NCBI GenBank assembly: GCA_047495785.1
Contig: JBLDXI010000046.1
Span: forward strand, 1,488,001-1,552,000
Direction: 5' to 3'
DNA: 64,000 bases
From: Lepidodermella squamata
Lineage: Eukaryota > Animalia > Gastrotricha
In this document: in pieces, positions 12,055 to 25,035 of the stretch
How the letters are laid out: every line of letters begins with the position of its first letter
How positions within the stretch are numbered: position 1 is the stretch's first letter
Program-made: the position numbers and the translations under genes
Notes under the pieces: model-generated
Databases searched by the model: none
The model's input: the letters and a program-made list of their open reading frames with translations, nothing else
What the model was told of the DNA's origin: nothing

Positions 12055-12705
12055 TTAGATTAAAAGAGAATGAATGCCGACTTCACGATAGAAAATAATA
12101 CGCTCGTCATTTTGATCCATGCCGCCATTTGAAATAGACGAGATGGATGCTGCCAAAGTTGCTCCAAACGGTGCTCTAATAGGTAAGGACGCGAAGGGGC
12201 TCCTGCTTGTCACACGCTTAACCTTTGCCAAGTCTTGAATCGAAAGATCGCGCAGGTGTGCCATTGCTTGCTCGCCCTCCCCTTGTGCTTTTGGAAAGAA
12301 CTTTTTAACACCTTCAAGGACAAAACGGCAAAACTGGCGGCAGTTGTTTGACAGCAAGCGATATGGTTTCGGCGGAACAATATCCCGATTTTCAAACAGC
12401 GTTTTAACGAAGGACGTAAGGGTTATGTTTTCAATTTCAAATGCGGGGACAAGACTGCTGTAGCAACTTACATCCAACGTCCCGCTCGACAGATAGTGGA
12501 AAACATGCGAGGCACTTCTACCATTGATTGTCGTGAATTCGTAGATATAGAAGTAATCCGGTTCATCGCTGCGGCTTCTGCAATGTAGCAGTATTGCTGT
12601 ATGGCTGGCCGCGCTTTCCTGAGGGCAGGTTTCAGCGACGTAAACAATGATGCTGACGAATATCTTATCAGGGCTATGGGGTAGCCTGTAGAGACGGTAG
12701 TCCAT
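12055..12705 (-). CDS. Permuted papain-like peptidase (PPPDE/DeSI/LRAT-like)
   Basis: SHTAILL (catalytic His), YEF and YRLLSNNCRQFC (catalytic Cys) motifs. Upstream exons cannot be excluded. Confidence 0.75.
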   Translation of the reverse strand: MDYRLYRLPHSPDKIFVSIIVYVAETCPQESAASHTAILLHCRSRSDEPDYFYIYEFTTINGRSASHVFHYLSSGTLDVSCYSSLVPAFEIENITLTSFVKTLFENRDIVPPKPYRLLSNNCRQFCRFVLEGVKKFFPKAQGEGEQAMAHLRDLSIQDLAKVKRVTSRSPFASLPIRAPFGATLAASISSISNGGMDQNDERIIFYREVGIHSLLI

Positions 12706-13256
12706 TTCTCGTGTACCGAATCGGTTGCAATATGAAGCAAGTCGAATGATGAGATTTATTCACCGATCCTTGATTTTATTGCAATCGCTAACGCGATTAC
12801 GCCACGTGCCCGGCACGCGCCGAAAATATATGAACGTAAGATAGTGGTAAATGGTGCTTTAATCGAGTAAATGGTGCTTTAATCAAGCTATGATTCATAT
12901 TATATTGCTTGTTGTTGTCCATGTTTTTTTTCATTTTTTTGCTGCGCCTTACGCGCTTTGTTTTTTTCACATTTAAGCTGTAAATAAAAAGGACTCACGA
13001 TTTATCGACATTTCGTTCAATTCAGGGCCAATTCGTTAACTCAAATGATAGATGAAATATTAGTACATACCTACAGCTATCAAAAGCATACAACAGACGA
13101 GGAGGTCTCAGTTTCGCAGTGTCCGAGATTTCGAGTTTTGCAGGTGCATTTTTTAAGATTGCGGTATTGACCCGAATAAAGGCCCGGTCTAAAAAAGTGT
13201 GCAAAAGTTAAACTTACCCTTGTGCTGGCATGAACATCAATTTGAAAAATCGTAAA

Positions 13257-14020
13257 TACCGTAACGCTGGTTAATTTTGGACAGGCTAAATTTGGACACT
13301 ACGCCTTATCAGCTGAATTGTGCTCGATCAGGAAGGTGAATAAAAATATTGGTAAAAATCCTCAGATTCCTTGAGAGTTAGGCTTTCCAACGGTACCAAA
13401 TACGAGGTATAATGCAAGTTACCTGTCTTCAAAAAAAATTGAAAAGGTTAGGATCTATCTAAACGTCGATCTGGGACCTCCTAATTCCCAGTCAATCTGA
13501 ATATATATCTCGATTCGAAATGTTTACCAGGAGCAACTGACACCATGAACTCTCGACTGGCAAAAAGAAATTTGACCTTTATCGACGGGAATTCGATACA
13601 GGTGACCTCAAAGTTTAGGCCTCACGTGGGACAATTTCGGACATAATAAATGCGTTGAGCTATAAAAATAGCGGGGAAAAAATGTGAATCGAGTTTAGAT
13701 GGCGTCATCAGTTTCTTGGCACTTGGCACCATGTACGCATTTTTTCGGAATTTCAATAAAAATCTCAAGTTCTGCACGCATTCCGACAATTATGAATATG
13801 CTAATGAGGTGTCCAAATTTACCCCATAAGTTTCTAAATTTAGCCTAACCACGCACCATTTTTATAAAATCAAGGTAACATGGGAAAATTACCAAATTTT
13901 GCACAGAAATGTAAAGTGGGGCCCCCGTCATGCCCTGAAATTTTCACGGGTGTATACTCTTTTCCTGATTTTCTAGAGCTGAAAGCCATGTTTTTGTCTA
14001 AAATAACTACACTTACGGTA
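13257..14020. mobile_element. Non-autonomous Tc1/pogo-like element with TA ends
   Basis: taccgtaacgctggttaattttggaca ... tgtctaaaataactacacttacggta, an imperfect ~27-bp TIR. Confidence 0.65.
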
Positions 14021-14329
14021 TTTACCGCTCGATGGGCTGGTCGGTGGAAAAGTCATCTCATTAGCCTTTTTCCGTAAAATGCTCAATGAAGCAGACTTTC
14101 AAAACAATAGTCTCCAAAACAGACTTGACTGAGATAGAGAAGTCTTCCTCGTTTTCATGTGAGCTAGAGGCCATGTTTTCAAGGAGTTGAAATTTGCAAA
14201 ATGATCTCTTTCCATCTCGGTGAGACCGCTGACACACGCGATCACACACGCGACTACTACAGCACCTGTTACCAACTTCAAATGGCGTATTGTTAGTGAT
14301 TTTTTATGTTTTATCAAGAATAAATGGTA

Positions 14330-15730
14330 TTGAAGTATTGAGGGTTTATTTTCAAAAAACTCCAATTAATAATATAAAAATGGTGATAAGCGAAAAATAA
14401 AAAATAATTAAGTTGGAAAATTAGGCGGGGTAAAAGTGGGCATGCTAACCTTGCTCTGTCAGTTGCTTGAAAAAATAATATTGCTTTTCTACCTTCTAAT
14501 TAAAATTGCTCTCAAAGACACACTTTAATGCCGTTTACATCCTGATCGGCGCGGGTCTTGAAGTATGCTCTAATAATTTTTCTTATCGCATAAATAGCCA
14601 ATATATAGGACGAGTTGCCTGCATTTTTTGTTAATATATAGCATGCTACCTATTAAACTAATAAAAACTTTTTTCCGAAATCGGGAATTTGCCGCAATAA
14701 AAACGAGGTCGCGGAATTGAATTTAATTCACTTTACTTCTCACTTTGCAGTAAAATTCCGGAAATGAAGTGACTGGTTTCCAGGTTAACCTTCCGGTTTT
14801 TTAAACTGCAGTTAGTTTCGAAGTAAAGATAAAGTACAGTCTGTCCCATACATTTTGGTTAAAGATTTTTAGTTGCCGCTGGCGAACCGCTCTGAATGTC
14901 GCATTTTGATAAATTCACCGCAGAATAATTCGGAAGGAGCTTACCGGCAACTTTTCCGATTATATCCTGGGGTTTTAGCCGCTGGGAAAATCGTAAAACT
15001 GGAGTCGCCGGCAAGCTTCTTCCGAATTATTCTGCCCTGTTTGCGCGCGATTACCCCACGGCTAATTGCTATTCGCCAGCGCGGCAGTAGACCCGCTCAC
15101 TTCGTCACTCCGGCCCCAATCGCCTGCTCGTCTATTTGACACTTTAGAGCTCGAAACTAAAAATTCCATTCAGCCAAAAATGTTGAACTGGTCATGGGCT
15201 ATCGAATAGCATCTGAAATTTTGATTTTTGCTCACTTTTCTCCGACGCATTTTTTAGTCAAAGAGAGCTTTTAGAATGTCAATTTCCAACTCGTTTTTTA
15301 GGTGGTGACCTTTCATGCTTTTTTATGTCATATTAAAGCTCGAAACAAAAAATTCGATTCAGCCAAAAATGCTGAACTAGTCATGGGCTATCGAATGGTA
15401 TCTGAAATGTTGATTTTCGCTCGTTTTCCTCCGACGCATTTTTTACATCAAAATTTCAGTCAGTTACACACACCGTAGTTCGAAACTGCCGACCTCGGCC
15501 AGTTCGGGTACTACAACGGCAATAACTACCACTACAACACGAACACTACGACGCCGATTACAAAGCCAACAATATCGCCACCGGTACCGCGAAAAAGTAC
15601 CGCAAGCACGTCATCTGACTTGCCCGAAACACCGTCCAGAATCGCCTCACCGCTATTAATATATTAAAACATCATTAGCTCTGCGCCTTGGGGCAAATTG
15701 AAATGTTTCTCGAAACTTGATAGGTATTGG
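14330..15730. repeat. Second copy of the 10180-11620 segment
   Basis: Direct similarity to the first copy; the middle differs (hairpin element instead of the gypsy remnant). Confidence 0.85.
14917..15038. mobile_element. Short palindromic MITE-like element
   Basis: gcagaataattcggaaggagcttaccggc ... gccggcaagcttcttccgaattattctgc; the right end reads CAGGG on the minus strand (hAT-like). Confidence 0.55.
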
Positions 15731-15908
15731 AAATAAAATTATTTATCATTATTATTTTTTATTTAAATGTTCTGAATAAACAATGATTTTTATTTTCGAA
15801 AACGTGATTTCGTCCAAATTTGCCCTACGTTGCAATTTTAAGGCGATTTTTTCAATACTTTTTAATTGCGGTTTTTCCAGCAGCATTCAGGTAATTCTGT
15901 CCAAACTG

Positions 15909-16521
15909 TTATGAACGGCAAGTTTCGTTAGCTCTAGGAACGAGTCGCTCGTAGCAGCATGACGACTTGGTGGGGTCGAACTTCACCTTCCCGCAGCATT
16001 TTCCAAGGCCGTCGCTAAGAACGCCGGCGCAACACGTTTTCTTTGTCGAATCGTAACCAATCGTATCGCAACACGTCGCCCAAAGGCCTCGATTAACCGC
16101 GCCGTTACAGCATGTTGAAACCGTCGGTTCGTAAGTTTTACTGCCACAACACGGCCTGTTCATGCCTCTGTTGATGCGGCCGTTGCAACACGTTTGGCTT
16201 TTCGGGTCGAATTTGGCCCTATCGCAGCATAACTGATTGGCTCCATCAACCAGGGTCTCGTTACAACACGTATATTTCGCCACGTCGTAAGTCTGAGTGG
16301 CGCAGCAGGGTAGATACGGGCCGGAATGAAGATAACCCCTGCAGCACGTGTATTGGCTCCTGCTATAATTTCCTCTCAGACATGATGTTGGAGCGACTGG
16401 GGTGATAAAATAAGGTAAGGTGAGGATGCGACTGGAATCATATCATACCTTGGGCTATGCCTGTGCTGTATTGCGCCAACAGGCAGCCAATTGCACCGAC
16501 AAGTATTATACGCGGGAGCAT
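15909..16521 (-). CDS. Galaxin-like secreted Cys-rich protein, copy A (exons 16521-16449, 16396-15909)
   Basis: Signal peptide MLPRIILVGAIGCLLAQ; di-Cys repeats; in-frame splice. Confidence 0.88.
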
Positions 16522-17576
16522 TCTCAATTATTTGATAATGAAAAAGTGGCGCGGGTTGTTTCAGCTTTTGTGAAACTTTTATTTACTTTTGAACACCTTG
16601 CCCATTCAATCCAGCATTTTGCGCAGGTACACAGGCACAGAATAGTTATTCTTTCAGATTCGTTGAGCAAATAAGAAACTCATGAATAATTTTACCGCTC
16701 GTTTTCGATAATATACAGTGATTAAATTTTTATACAGCGGTTCATGGATATTAATTTTGTTTCTCGAAACTCCTATTTGCCCGTTAACATGTGAAAAGTG
16801 GGGTCTGGCGAAACTTTTGACATCGTGAGATGTCGCTTTCAAGATAAACTAACGAGGAGGCGAACCATAACAAAAAGAGGTTGATAGTCATCAGGGTTGC
16901 TGAGAAATTCGGCTCCATAGTTTACGAGTAAAAAATGCTGATAATTTCGAGAAAAGTGAGGAATTTCACTGGATGATCAAAAATTGTGGTGGAATCAAGC
17001 TAGTTAGGAATATCAAGCAACGGTTTTGTAGCTGGGGAGCGTACTACTTCTCGTTCAAACACGAAACAGGCGACAGCTCAATAAATTAATTGCACGGTAA
17101 GTAATTGCAGTAACGTTACTTAACGTCGTTTTGAAGGAAGAGTATCACAGAATGAAGCCGAACGAATTCGCACAAATTCCGCTGGTAAAGTTCTCAATCC
17201 TTGCCCGTAAAGTGCTGTTTTACCAAATCACAGACGAGAAGCAGCCTATAAATAACCACTTGACCAATTTCTTGTTGGCATAGGTGTTTTCTTAAAGGAT
17301 CTTAAGCCGTAATGTCAGTACTGAATGCGATCATTCCAGCTTTCACGTCCACTGCTATCTTGTGTATTTCTAGTTGGTTCAATTTCAGGGAATCCTGTTT
17401 CAAGATATGCGAAATCCTCTCAGCTAATATAGATATACAGGTGCAATGATCTCCAACCATCACAGCGAAATATATAACGGCTGTGGATAATCGGCTTACA
17501 GTGAACGAACCGCTATTGTCCTGAGCCGCTGCTAAGGCGCCTTGACACCTTAAGCAGCACTGGGCACCTCTTTTTA

Positions 17577-18521
17577 GGCCAGGACAATGACCAGTACCTC
17601 AACGACACAGGCTACGGCGCTGGAACAGACGGCAACGATCCGAAAAACCCAGTACGAGATGGTGTCAACGACTTTGGCTGTGAGCGGCCATACCCTCACC
17701 AGACAGTCAACAAAAACGAGATGGTCTGCTTCAATCGAAACTACTCAACGATCACCTTCAAGTGCGGTGCCTACTCGAACCTCGGATCTGAGACCTGCCC
17801 GAACAACGCCAACAACATGCTCTGCATGCGTTACCTGTGGAGCCAGCCGACCAGCGAGGTTCTCCGCTTCTGGGTCAAGCAGTGTGGGGATATTACGACG
17901 AAAACTTTTAAGCGCTGCATCCCTACGCCACCTCCAGCAGCGGCGACGAACTTCAATCTGCCGCCACCCGGCAAGATGGCTCTGCCCCGCTGCCGCACCT
18001 CCTGCGATGTGAACTCGGACGGCAGAGAGCAAGAGATCGCGATTAGCACGACTAGCTTTAACTCACTGAGTGCCTGCACCCAATTTTACGCATTCATCGC
18101 CTGTGCGCCAAACAACACGAATGCCCGGACTGTTTCCCGGACTTCACGATGTGCCCACCGGGTCTTTCGCGCATCACCAGCCTCGGCCCGTACATATAGC
18201 CTCAGTCGACTCATCGACGGCCAACGTAACAGCCGCCGTCGAAACTGCGCGCAACTTATGCAAGTCTGCAAGCGTAAGAGATATTATAACTGCGGTTATT
18301 TGCAGTCTAAAGATTTTTCCCCCCATCGCAATGACACCAGCGGCAAGTGCGGTTGTCGTGTTATGGAAGTCACTGCGACCTGCTTAATTGGTGAGACCCC
18401 CATTTATAACGGCGGTAGCACTCCATGGGCCAGCTTGTCCGCCTGCCATGCTGCTGGTGCCGACGCTGCTAACAGCTGTACTAAAGTGGTTGGTTCAACC
18501 ACTGCGGCGGCTGGTCGCTAA
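17577..18521 (+). pseudogene. 5'-deleted, frameshifted copy of the orphan secreted protein at 34011-35169
   Basis: A ~290-bp deletion removes the ATG and signal peptide, and a 7-nt deletion lies near 18126. Confidence 0.88.
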
Positions 18522-19589
18522 TTTCTTTCATTACTGCTGAACAGCGGCAGAAAGATGTGCTTTGTTAAGCTGATTTCCTATAGACGAGCTAATGAACAAG
18601 TTTGATCAACAAAGCAAGCGATTAATCTGATCTCTATGGTCGGATGAAAAAATTTTTCCCCAGATTTACATGGAATGGCGCAGTTGATCGAAGATCATTC
18701 GTTCTTCTTCGATTAATTGTGCACTTTTATATATCATTTTAAATGGAAGTGTGAAGAACTCTCACGCATTATCAAATTACTGGCAAAATCAGGAGTCTTT
18801 CCCTATTTTCATTTAGTTCGATCTAAGGTTCGGGATCTTTCAGGTTTCCTGAGCTTTCTAAGCCTAATTTCATGTTTTTGTTGGCAAATTTGATAAGACC
18901 AACTCATCACAGCCTTCTAGGTGACTTATGATGCTTATCAGTTTGAAATGCAGAATATTATGGTCATAAAGTTTTGATTATAACGATAACGGATAGCCGT
19001 TTGTACGCAGGCGGCTACAGGTTCATCGTCAGAAACTCGGCAACTAGCAATCGTCAGCAGCCTCAAGTCTCGTACCGCGCCGCTTCACGGTGCGACTAAA
19101 TGTCTAGCGACAGGTCAAGGCATGGCAAATCGCGAAACCGTCCGCAGCTCGAATCAACGTCAACGCCAGCCCAGCCCGCTTCGATCGATCGACAATATCT
19201 CGACTCGCTCCACCAACGCGATATTCTCGACCGCATAGATTCTATGAATCGAAACTGGCTCAATTCATCCAGCCGTTCGCGCTCGCATTAGCACGGCCGT
19301 CAACGCAAGCGGCCTCACGGCCCACGAAAAAAATGTTGTGGCTAATTAGTCGCCGCCATCTTCATAGATGTGGAAAAAGGTTATCCGATTTTGTAGCGTC
19401 ATAACCATCCGTGAAAAAGCAATTTCTCGGAGAGCATCGTGTTAAGACATGCGCAGGCGGTCAGATTTCACGGTCAGTCGTTCAAAACATGTACTACTAC
19501 AGTACTTCTTCGAGATAAGCGCCCTGGTTAGTGGCACTTTTCTTTATCGAGGGATGTCTACCATTATCTGCTATCGACATTTTCCTGTT

Positions 19590-20130
19590 AAATCTGAAGG
19601 TGATCGGTGATAAGAAAAATAAAACCTAGTTTGAAACCCACGATAAAAGCCGTGCCGAAATGTAGTTTTTAATCGAGTTATAGTATGGCTCCAAGTCTGA
19701 CGGTGATAAGAAAAATAAAACCGCTTTCTCATTTCGCTACGACATCATGCAATCAGTTGAGCGAGTTGACTGTTTTCGCTTATCTGTCGCTCAATGGTGC
19801 ACATCCCACGCCCAAGTAGGACGAATAAATTAATGTAAATTGTTTATACCTATGATTCCATTTAATGCGCGATAAGAAGCTGACTGACGGTTATAACATA
19901 TCTAATATATATATTAATTGCTTGATGTGGGAAGGATGTGCGCCAATGAAAGACATGCAGATAAGAGAACTAATGCACTCAACCCACTCAACTGATTACA
20001 GAATGTCGTAGCGAAATGAGAAAGCGGTTTTATTTTTCTTATCACCGTCAGAATTAACAGGAAAATGTTTCGCGACGTAAGATAGTGGCTGAGCCGTAGC
20101 AACTCGATTAAAAACTACATTATGGCATAA
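19590..20130. repeat. Imperfect long inverted repeat (MITE-like); one arm also present at ~36460-36660
   Basis: gataagaaaaataaaaccgctttctcatttcgctacgacat ... atgtcgtagcgaaatgagaaagcggttttatttttcttatc. Confidence 0.7.
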
Positions 20131-20353
20131 CTTTTAAAATGGGTTTCAAAATGGACAGGGGCTTATCCGTTTTCCGGCCTCATCTAGCGCATCTACCTCA
20201 ACCCAAAGGTTTTTCCCATAGAAAAAAAATGAAATTTCACTCTCGATGCATAAGAAATTTGCTATCTTCTCAGTTTATATAGCCAGGCTGCCCTGAAAAA
20301 ACTTCATTTTCTAGTTTTCTCCAGTTGGTTTCAAGCATAAATATTGGGATAAA

Positions 20354-23205
20354 ATGTTGTCGTCGGCTCATAAATCCATGTCCGAATTCACGAAAATTAA
20401 TCTTTTGGGCCGTGGTGGTTTTGGATCAGCGTGGCATTGTAAACGGCGCGGTGACGACTACGCAGACTATGTTATTAAAGGAGCCAGTCTATTGGAAATC
20501 CGGCGTAAATATGAAGCAGATGCAAACTTGGCAGAAAAAATTGTCGAAATGACACGAAAAGAGGTAGTCTCTTGCTTCACATAAAAATCCCATAGAATGT
20601 GAAATAACCCCAATGTTAAATCTCACATGTTCAGCATCTCAAAATGGCCCAAGTTAACCACCCAAATATTGTCAGAGTCTACGGAGCTTTTGAAGGTAAG
20701 AAAATCGCAGTTTTCACAGTACCTAGTTAATAATTCGCAACTCGAAGAGTTGAACGAGGATGTGGATGCGGCAAGAAAGGGCGATCTGATGTATTATTTA
20801 GTCATGGAGTTCTGTGAAGGTGGTGATTTGACAAGATACTACCGGAGAGCCGAAAGCCCGATACCTGAGAGCAAAATTCAACTTTGGTCACGACAACTTG
20901 TATCAGCAGTCACATTTTTGCATGACATTTCTCTTGTGCATCGAGACATCAAGCCGGATAATATTTTTTTGAGCGGCGATTGCAAAACTATCAAATTGGG
21001 CGATTTTGGGGTAGCTAAGACGTTCAATGCGTAAGAAAAGGGTTCGTGTTGCAAATGTTTGAATGAGTTTGACACTTTTAGGCAATCTACCACCACTCCA
21101 ACTGGCATAGCAACCTTGATTTACACACCTCCAGAAGTTTTAAACGGCCAGAGGAATTCGCCAGCTAGTGATTGGTGGTCAGTGGGCATTACTTTGTTCG
21201 AAATAACAAATTTTACCAAGCCAGTAAGTTTTTTCAAAGCGAGAATTTCTTTCACCCGAAGTGGAATTATTTTGTCAAGTTTGAGACTTTACCCGCGATC
21301 TTGTTGTAAGTTTTATCTTCCGTATGTAAGTCGAGGCAGTTTTTACAGACTTATTCAGTGGCTCACCTAAGGCGTTCAATGAATCCCGTGGGTATTCAAC
21401 AGAGCTTCGAGATTTCGTGCTTTCAATGATTGTGAAGGATGTGGATCGACGAGCGACTTCGACCCAACTTCACAAAAGTAGCTTTCTGAGGAAGTCAATC
21501 GCACCGGAGGGTTCTGTCGAACCTGAAACAAGCAGGGAAAATGAGGCGTCTCATCTATCGGTAAATTACAAATTATCGCCTTTCTTCTCATCACACAGAA
21601 AAGGTGTTTAGTCGGCATGGCGTGTCAAATTTTCTGACAATAACGATGTAAACATCAAGATTTGGAACATACTCACTGGTAAGAAAGCCAAGGAAAATGG
21701 TCGAAAACTTACCATTTACTATTTTCAGCTAACGATATCGAAGATCCCAACGATTTGACACCTGAAGATATCGAACATTTGTTTAAGAATGTATCCCTGG
21801 GTTTGTTCAAAGCTGTTAGCAAATGGAGAACTGGAGTCACAGACGTAAGCTCGGTATTTATCCGGTTTCCAGTTGATAAGCATCGATGGCTAATCTGGCT
21901 TTTATTTTTCTCAGATGCTATCTGCACCAATTAAAGAGCCGGACCCAAACATGATCGTGGTAGGTTCTCTCTGATTCTAGGCACAGCTGAATAAATATAC
22001 ATTTGCAGAAGATGTTTGACTGTGTACGAACGAATAACTTACAGCGATTGAACGAGTTGTTGTCGGAGAAAAAGCTGGGATTGAATGTTAACTGCAAGGA
22101 CGATGATGGAGCATCTCCTTTATTCATAGCTGCTGAAAAGGGCCTAATTGAAATAGTCAAATTGTTAGCCGGAAGATTTCAGGCTGATGTGGAGTTGGGG
22201 GATAAGTTTCGTCGCACGCCGTTATACATAGCTGCTAAGCTAGGTCACATCGACGTTGTCAAGACACTGGCTGGAGAGTTCAAGGCAAATTCAAATGCTG
22301 CCCAAGAAGCTGGCTTCACGCCTTTGCACATCGCCGTCCAAGAAGGACAAGTCGAGGTGGTGAAGCTACTGGCTGGTCAGTTCAAGGCAAATATTGAGAC
22401 TGGCGACAATGATGGCTGGACGCCTTTGCACGTCGCTGCCAGGAATGGCCATGTCGAGGTGGTTACGACACTGGCTGGTCAGTTCAAGGCAAGTATTGAG
22501 ACTGGCGACAAGAAAGGCTGGACGCCTTTGCACGTCGCTGCCAGGAATGGCCATGTCGAGGTGGTTACGACACTGGCTGGTCAGTTCAAGGCAAATGTTG
22601 AAGCTGCTGATATCTGCGGCTGGACCCCAATGCACGCCGCCGCACATTATGGCCATGCCCAGGTGGTGAATACTTTGGCGGCCCAGTTCAAGGCTAAAGT
22701 TAATGCAACATCGGAAGATGGCGCGACGCCATTGTTCGTCGCCGCCGAAGAAGGAAAAGTCGAGGTGGTGAAGCTACTGGCTGGCCAGTTTAAAGCCAAA
22801 ATCGAAGCTACCTTGAAAAATGGCGCCACACCATTATACGTTGCCGCGCAAAACGGCCACATCGATGTTGTAAGAATACTGACTGGCGAATTCGGGGCAA
22901 ATGTTAACGTCGCAGCGAACAGCGGCGAGACGCCATTGATGTTATCTGCACATAATGGTCATTATGCTGTTGTCGAATTACTGATCACGAAATACAAAGC
23001 AGATGTTAATGCCATCCATCCACGTACGGGGTGGACCGCCTTAGACGCTGCAGAAAACTGTGGAGAGAGTGTTACAGCCGAAAGCAAACGAAGAACAATC
23101 GAAATATTGAAAAGAGCAAAAGCGCAAAACGCCGCGCATTCAGCAGCAAAGCTTCTTTTCGAACGAAGTCAACAATTACTAAATCGAGGGGGGGGGAAGG
23201 GATGA
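20354..23205 (+). CDS. NEK-like Ser/Thr kinase - SAM-like linker - ankyrin repeat protein (exons 20354-20563, 20635-20695, 20748-21030, 21082-21223, 21280-21305, 21359-21560, 21612-21678, 21729-21844, 21915-21959, 22009-23205)
   Basis: LGRGGFG, YVIK, LVMEFCEGGDL, HRDIKPDN, DFG, YTPPE and DWWSVG motifs. Ten exons join in frame via GT-AG introns into ~10-11 ankyrin repeats. Confidence 0.8.
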
Positions 23206-24831
23206 ATTTGTGTTTGCTGCCCCAAGAATTCTGACACGCGACATAATTGGGGAAAAAACCCCGAATTTGGTGGCCTGAAATACAAGGACTTTTGTGAACC
23301 GAATTCACGCTTTTTCGTAAAAGGTTGTAAACCATGGGCTTGATTTCCATATATGTGACATCGCATAAAAAAGAATGCAAATCACAAGGAGCGCGCTAAT
23401 GTTAAAAAAATCATTAATTGATGCCGTTTATCTGTGAATCCCTAATGTCGGTGTTGCTATAGACATCGAAACTGATATATGGTTCAATAGAAAAATAGAA
23501 TGCTGAGCTTGCTTTGATTTTCCATGCTTCAATAATATGCTTACCGTTAACAAGCCAGTTTTATGTCCTCAAGATTGCAGCCGCCGGATGATACAGTAGA
23601 AATAAAAATTCTTGTCTTCGTAGCTGAACGCTGGCACGTGTCAAGTTCTCAAATGCATTCTTTTTGCAAGAGGTTTTCAAAAACAGCCCTCATTTCAGTA
23701 AAAACTAGCGCACAAACCGCATTATTTTTTCATTTCGAGCATAGTGCGATCAGGTAGCTTTTGTATGAAGTGCAGCTTTGTCGCATAAAGTGTCGATTTT
23801 TCGACCGTTTACCTCTTCTTAATTGCTACTATTATGAATGCGTGTCTACGTCTTACCCACTTATCTCTTAATATTTTTGAAGTCACTACCTCTCAGAAGC
23901 TGTAAAGCTGAGTACTGTCGTTCCGACTAACCACTAACCAAATTAACCCTCCAACGCCTACGACGTGTATACACGCGTTTTTCACTTTTAATACCCGACA
24001 AATTCAGATTTTATCAATCAGCCTTTTCTTTCCACCTGATAATTTATTTCACTATGATTGCGATACAAAATATCGACCTCGAAAAAATTTGCTGAGACAC
24101 CTGTGCCCTCTGTCGACGCAAAGTTGGCATGTGCCTAATCGCTGGTTTACACGCTTATGGTGCGTCTTAACACGCAAAGTTGGCGTCTTCAAGGGAAGGA
24201 AACTCATTGTTCGTGTGCGCCATCTGTTTCTGTTCACTTTTTGGGCAAAAAACACGAAAATCTTGTGCCGACATTTTTTACCATTTTTATCGTCGGTTTT
24301 TTAGGGTAATCTCATGCGTCTTAATTATCCATGGCTTCAAACACTCCAGTCCATCTGTACAGGTCATTATCATGACGTTGGGCTAATTTTTCAAAATTCG
24401 ACCTTGACACATATTATTTTCGCGCGAAATCGCCTTTCTTCATAAGAAAAAACACTGACGACTCGATTGTTTGTCTGTGTTGTCGATTACGTCACACAGT
24501 GTTTTATGTAGCAAATTTTCAAAGTCACGTTGAAAATTGAAAAATAATTATTTTTTCAAATTTTAATAGCCTAACGTCGTCTACTCGTCGAGTTGAGTAA
24601 GGTGCTTTTTTCCAAAATTTGATCCGATAAATATTTTGAAAGTTTACCTGAAATTAAAATTTGCATGTAAGTATGCAGGGGCTGTTTTTCAATTTGGGTT
24701 TTTCCAAAAAAAAAGGAACACAGTTTTTGAAAAATGTCCGAAACTAGTAGTGTAATTAACGACCATTGTTCTTTGATTAGGTTTCACTTCCTTTCACTTC
24801 CTGAAATTATCCAGCCTAATCATTTCGATAG

Positions 24832-25035
24832 GCAATGAGGGCGACTTTATTCGTCGTAGGTAGTGGTTCAAGGTGAAGATCAAGGAATTACATCCACAAT
24901 TTTATGATTTATTGGCGAACTTTTGACCGACTCCTAATTCTATTTTTTAATGGGTGAGGTAAAATCTGTCGCCCAAAAAGGTAAAAGTTCGCCCCATTTG
25001 TGTCGCCCAAAAATAAATAAAGTCGCCCTCATTGC
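24832..25035. mobile_element. MITE/foldback with gggcgac repeats nested in the piggyBac; related sequence at ~26225-26370
   Basis: gcaatgagggcgactttatt ... aataaagtcgccctcattgc. Confidence 0.6.
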
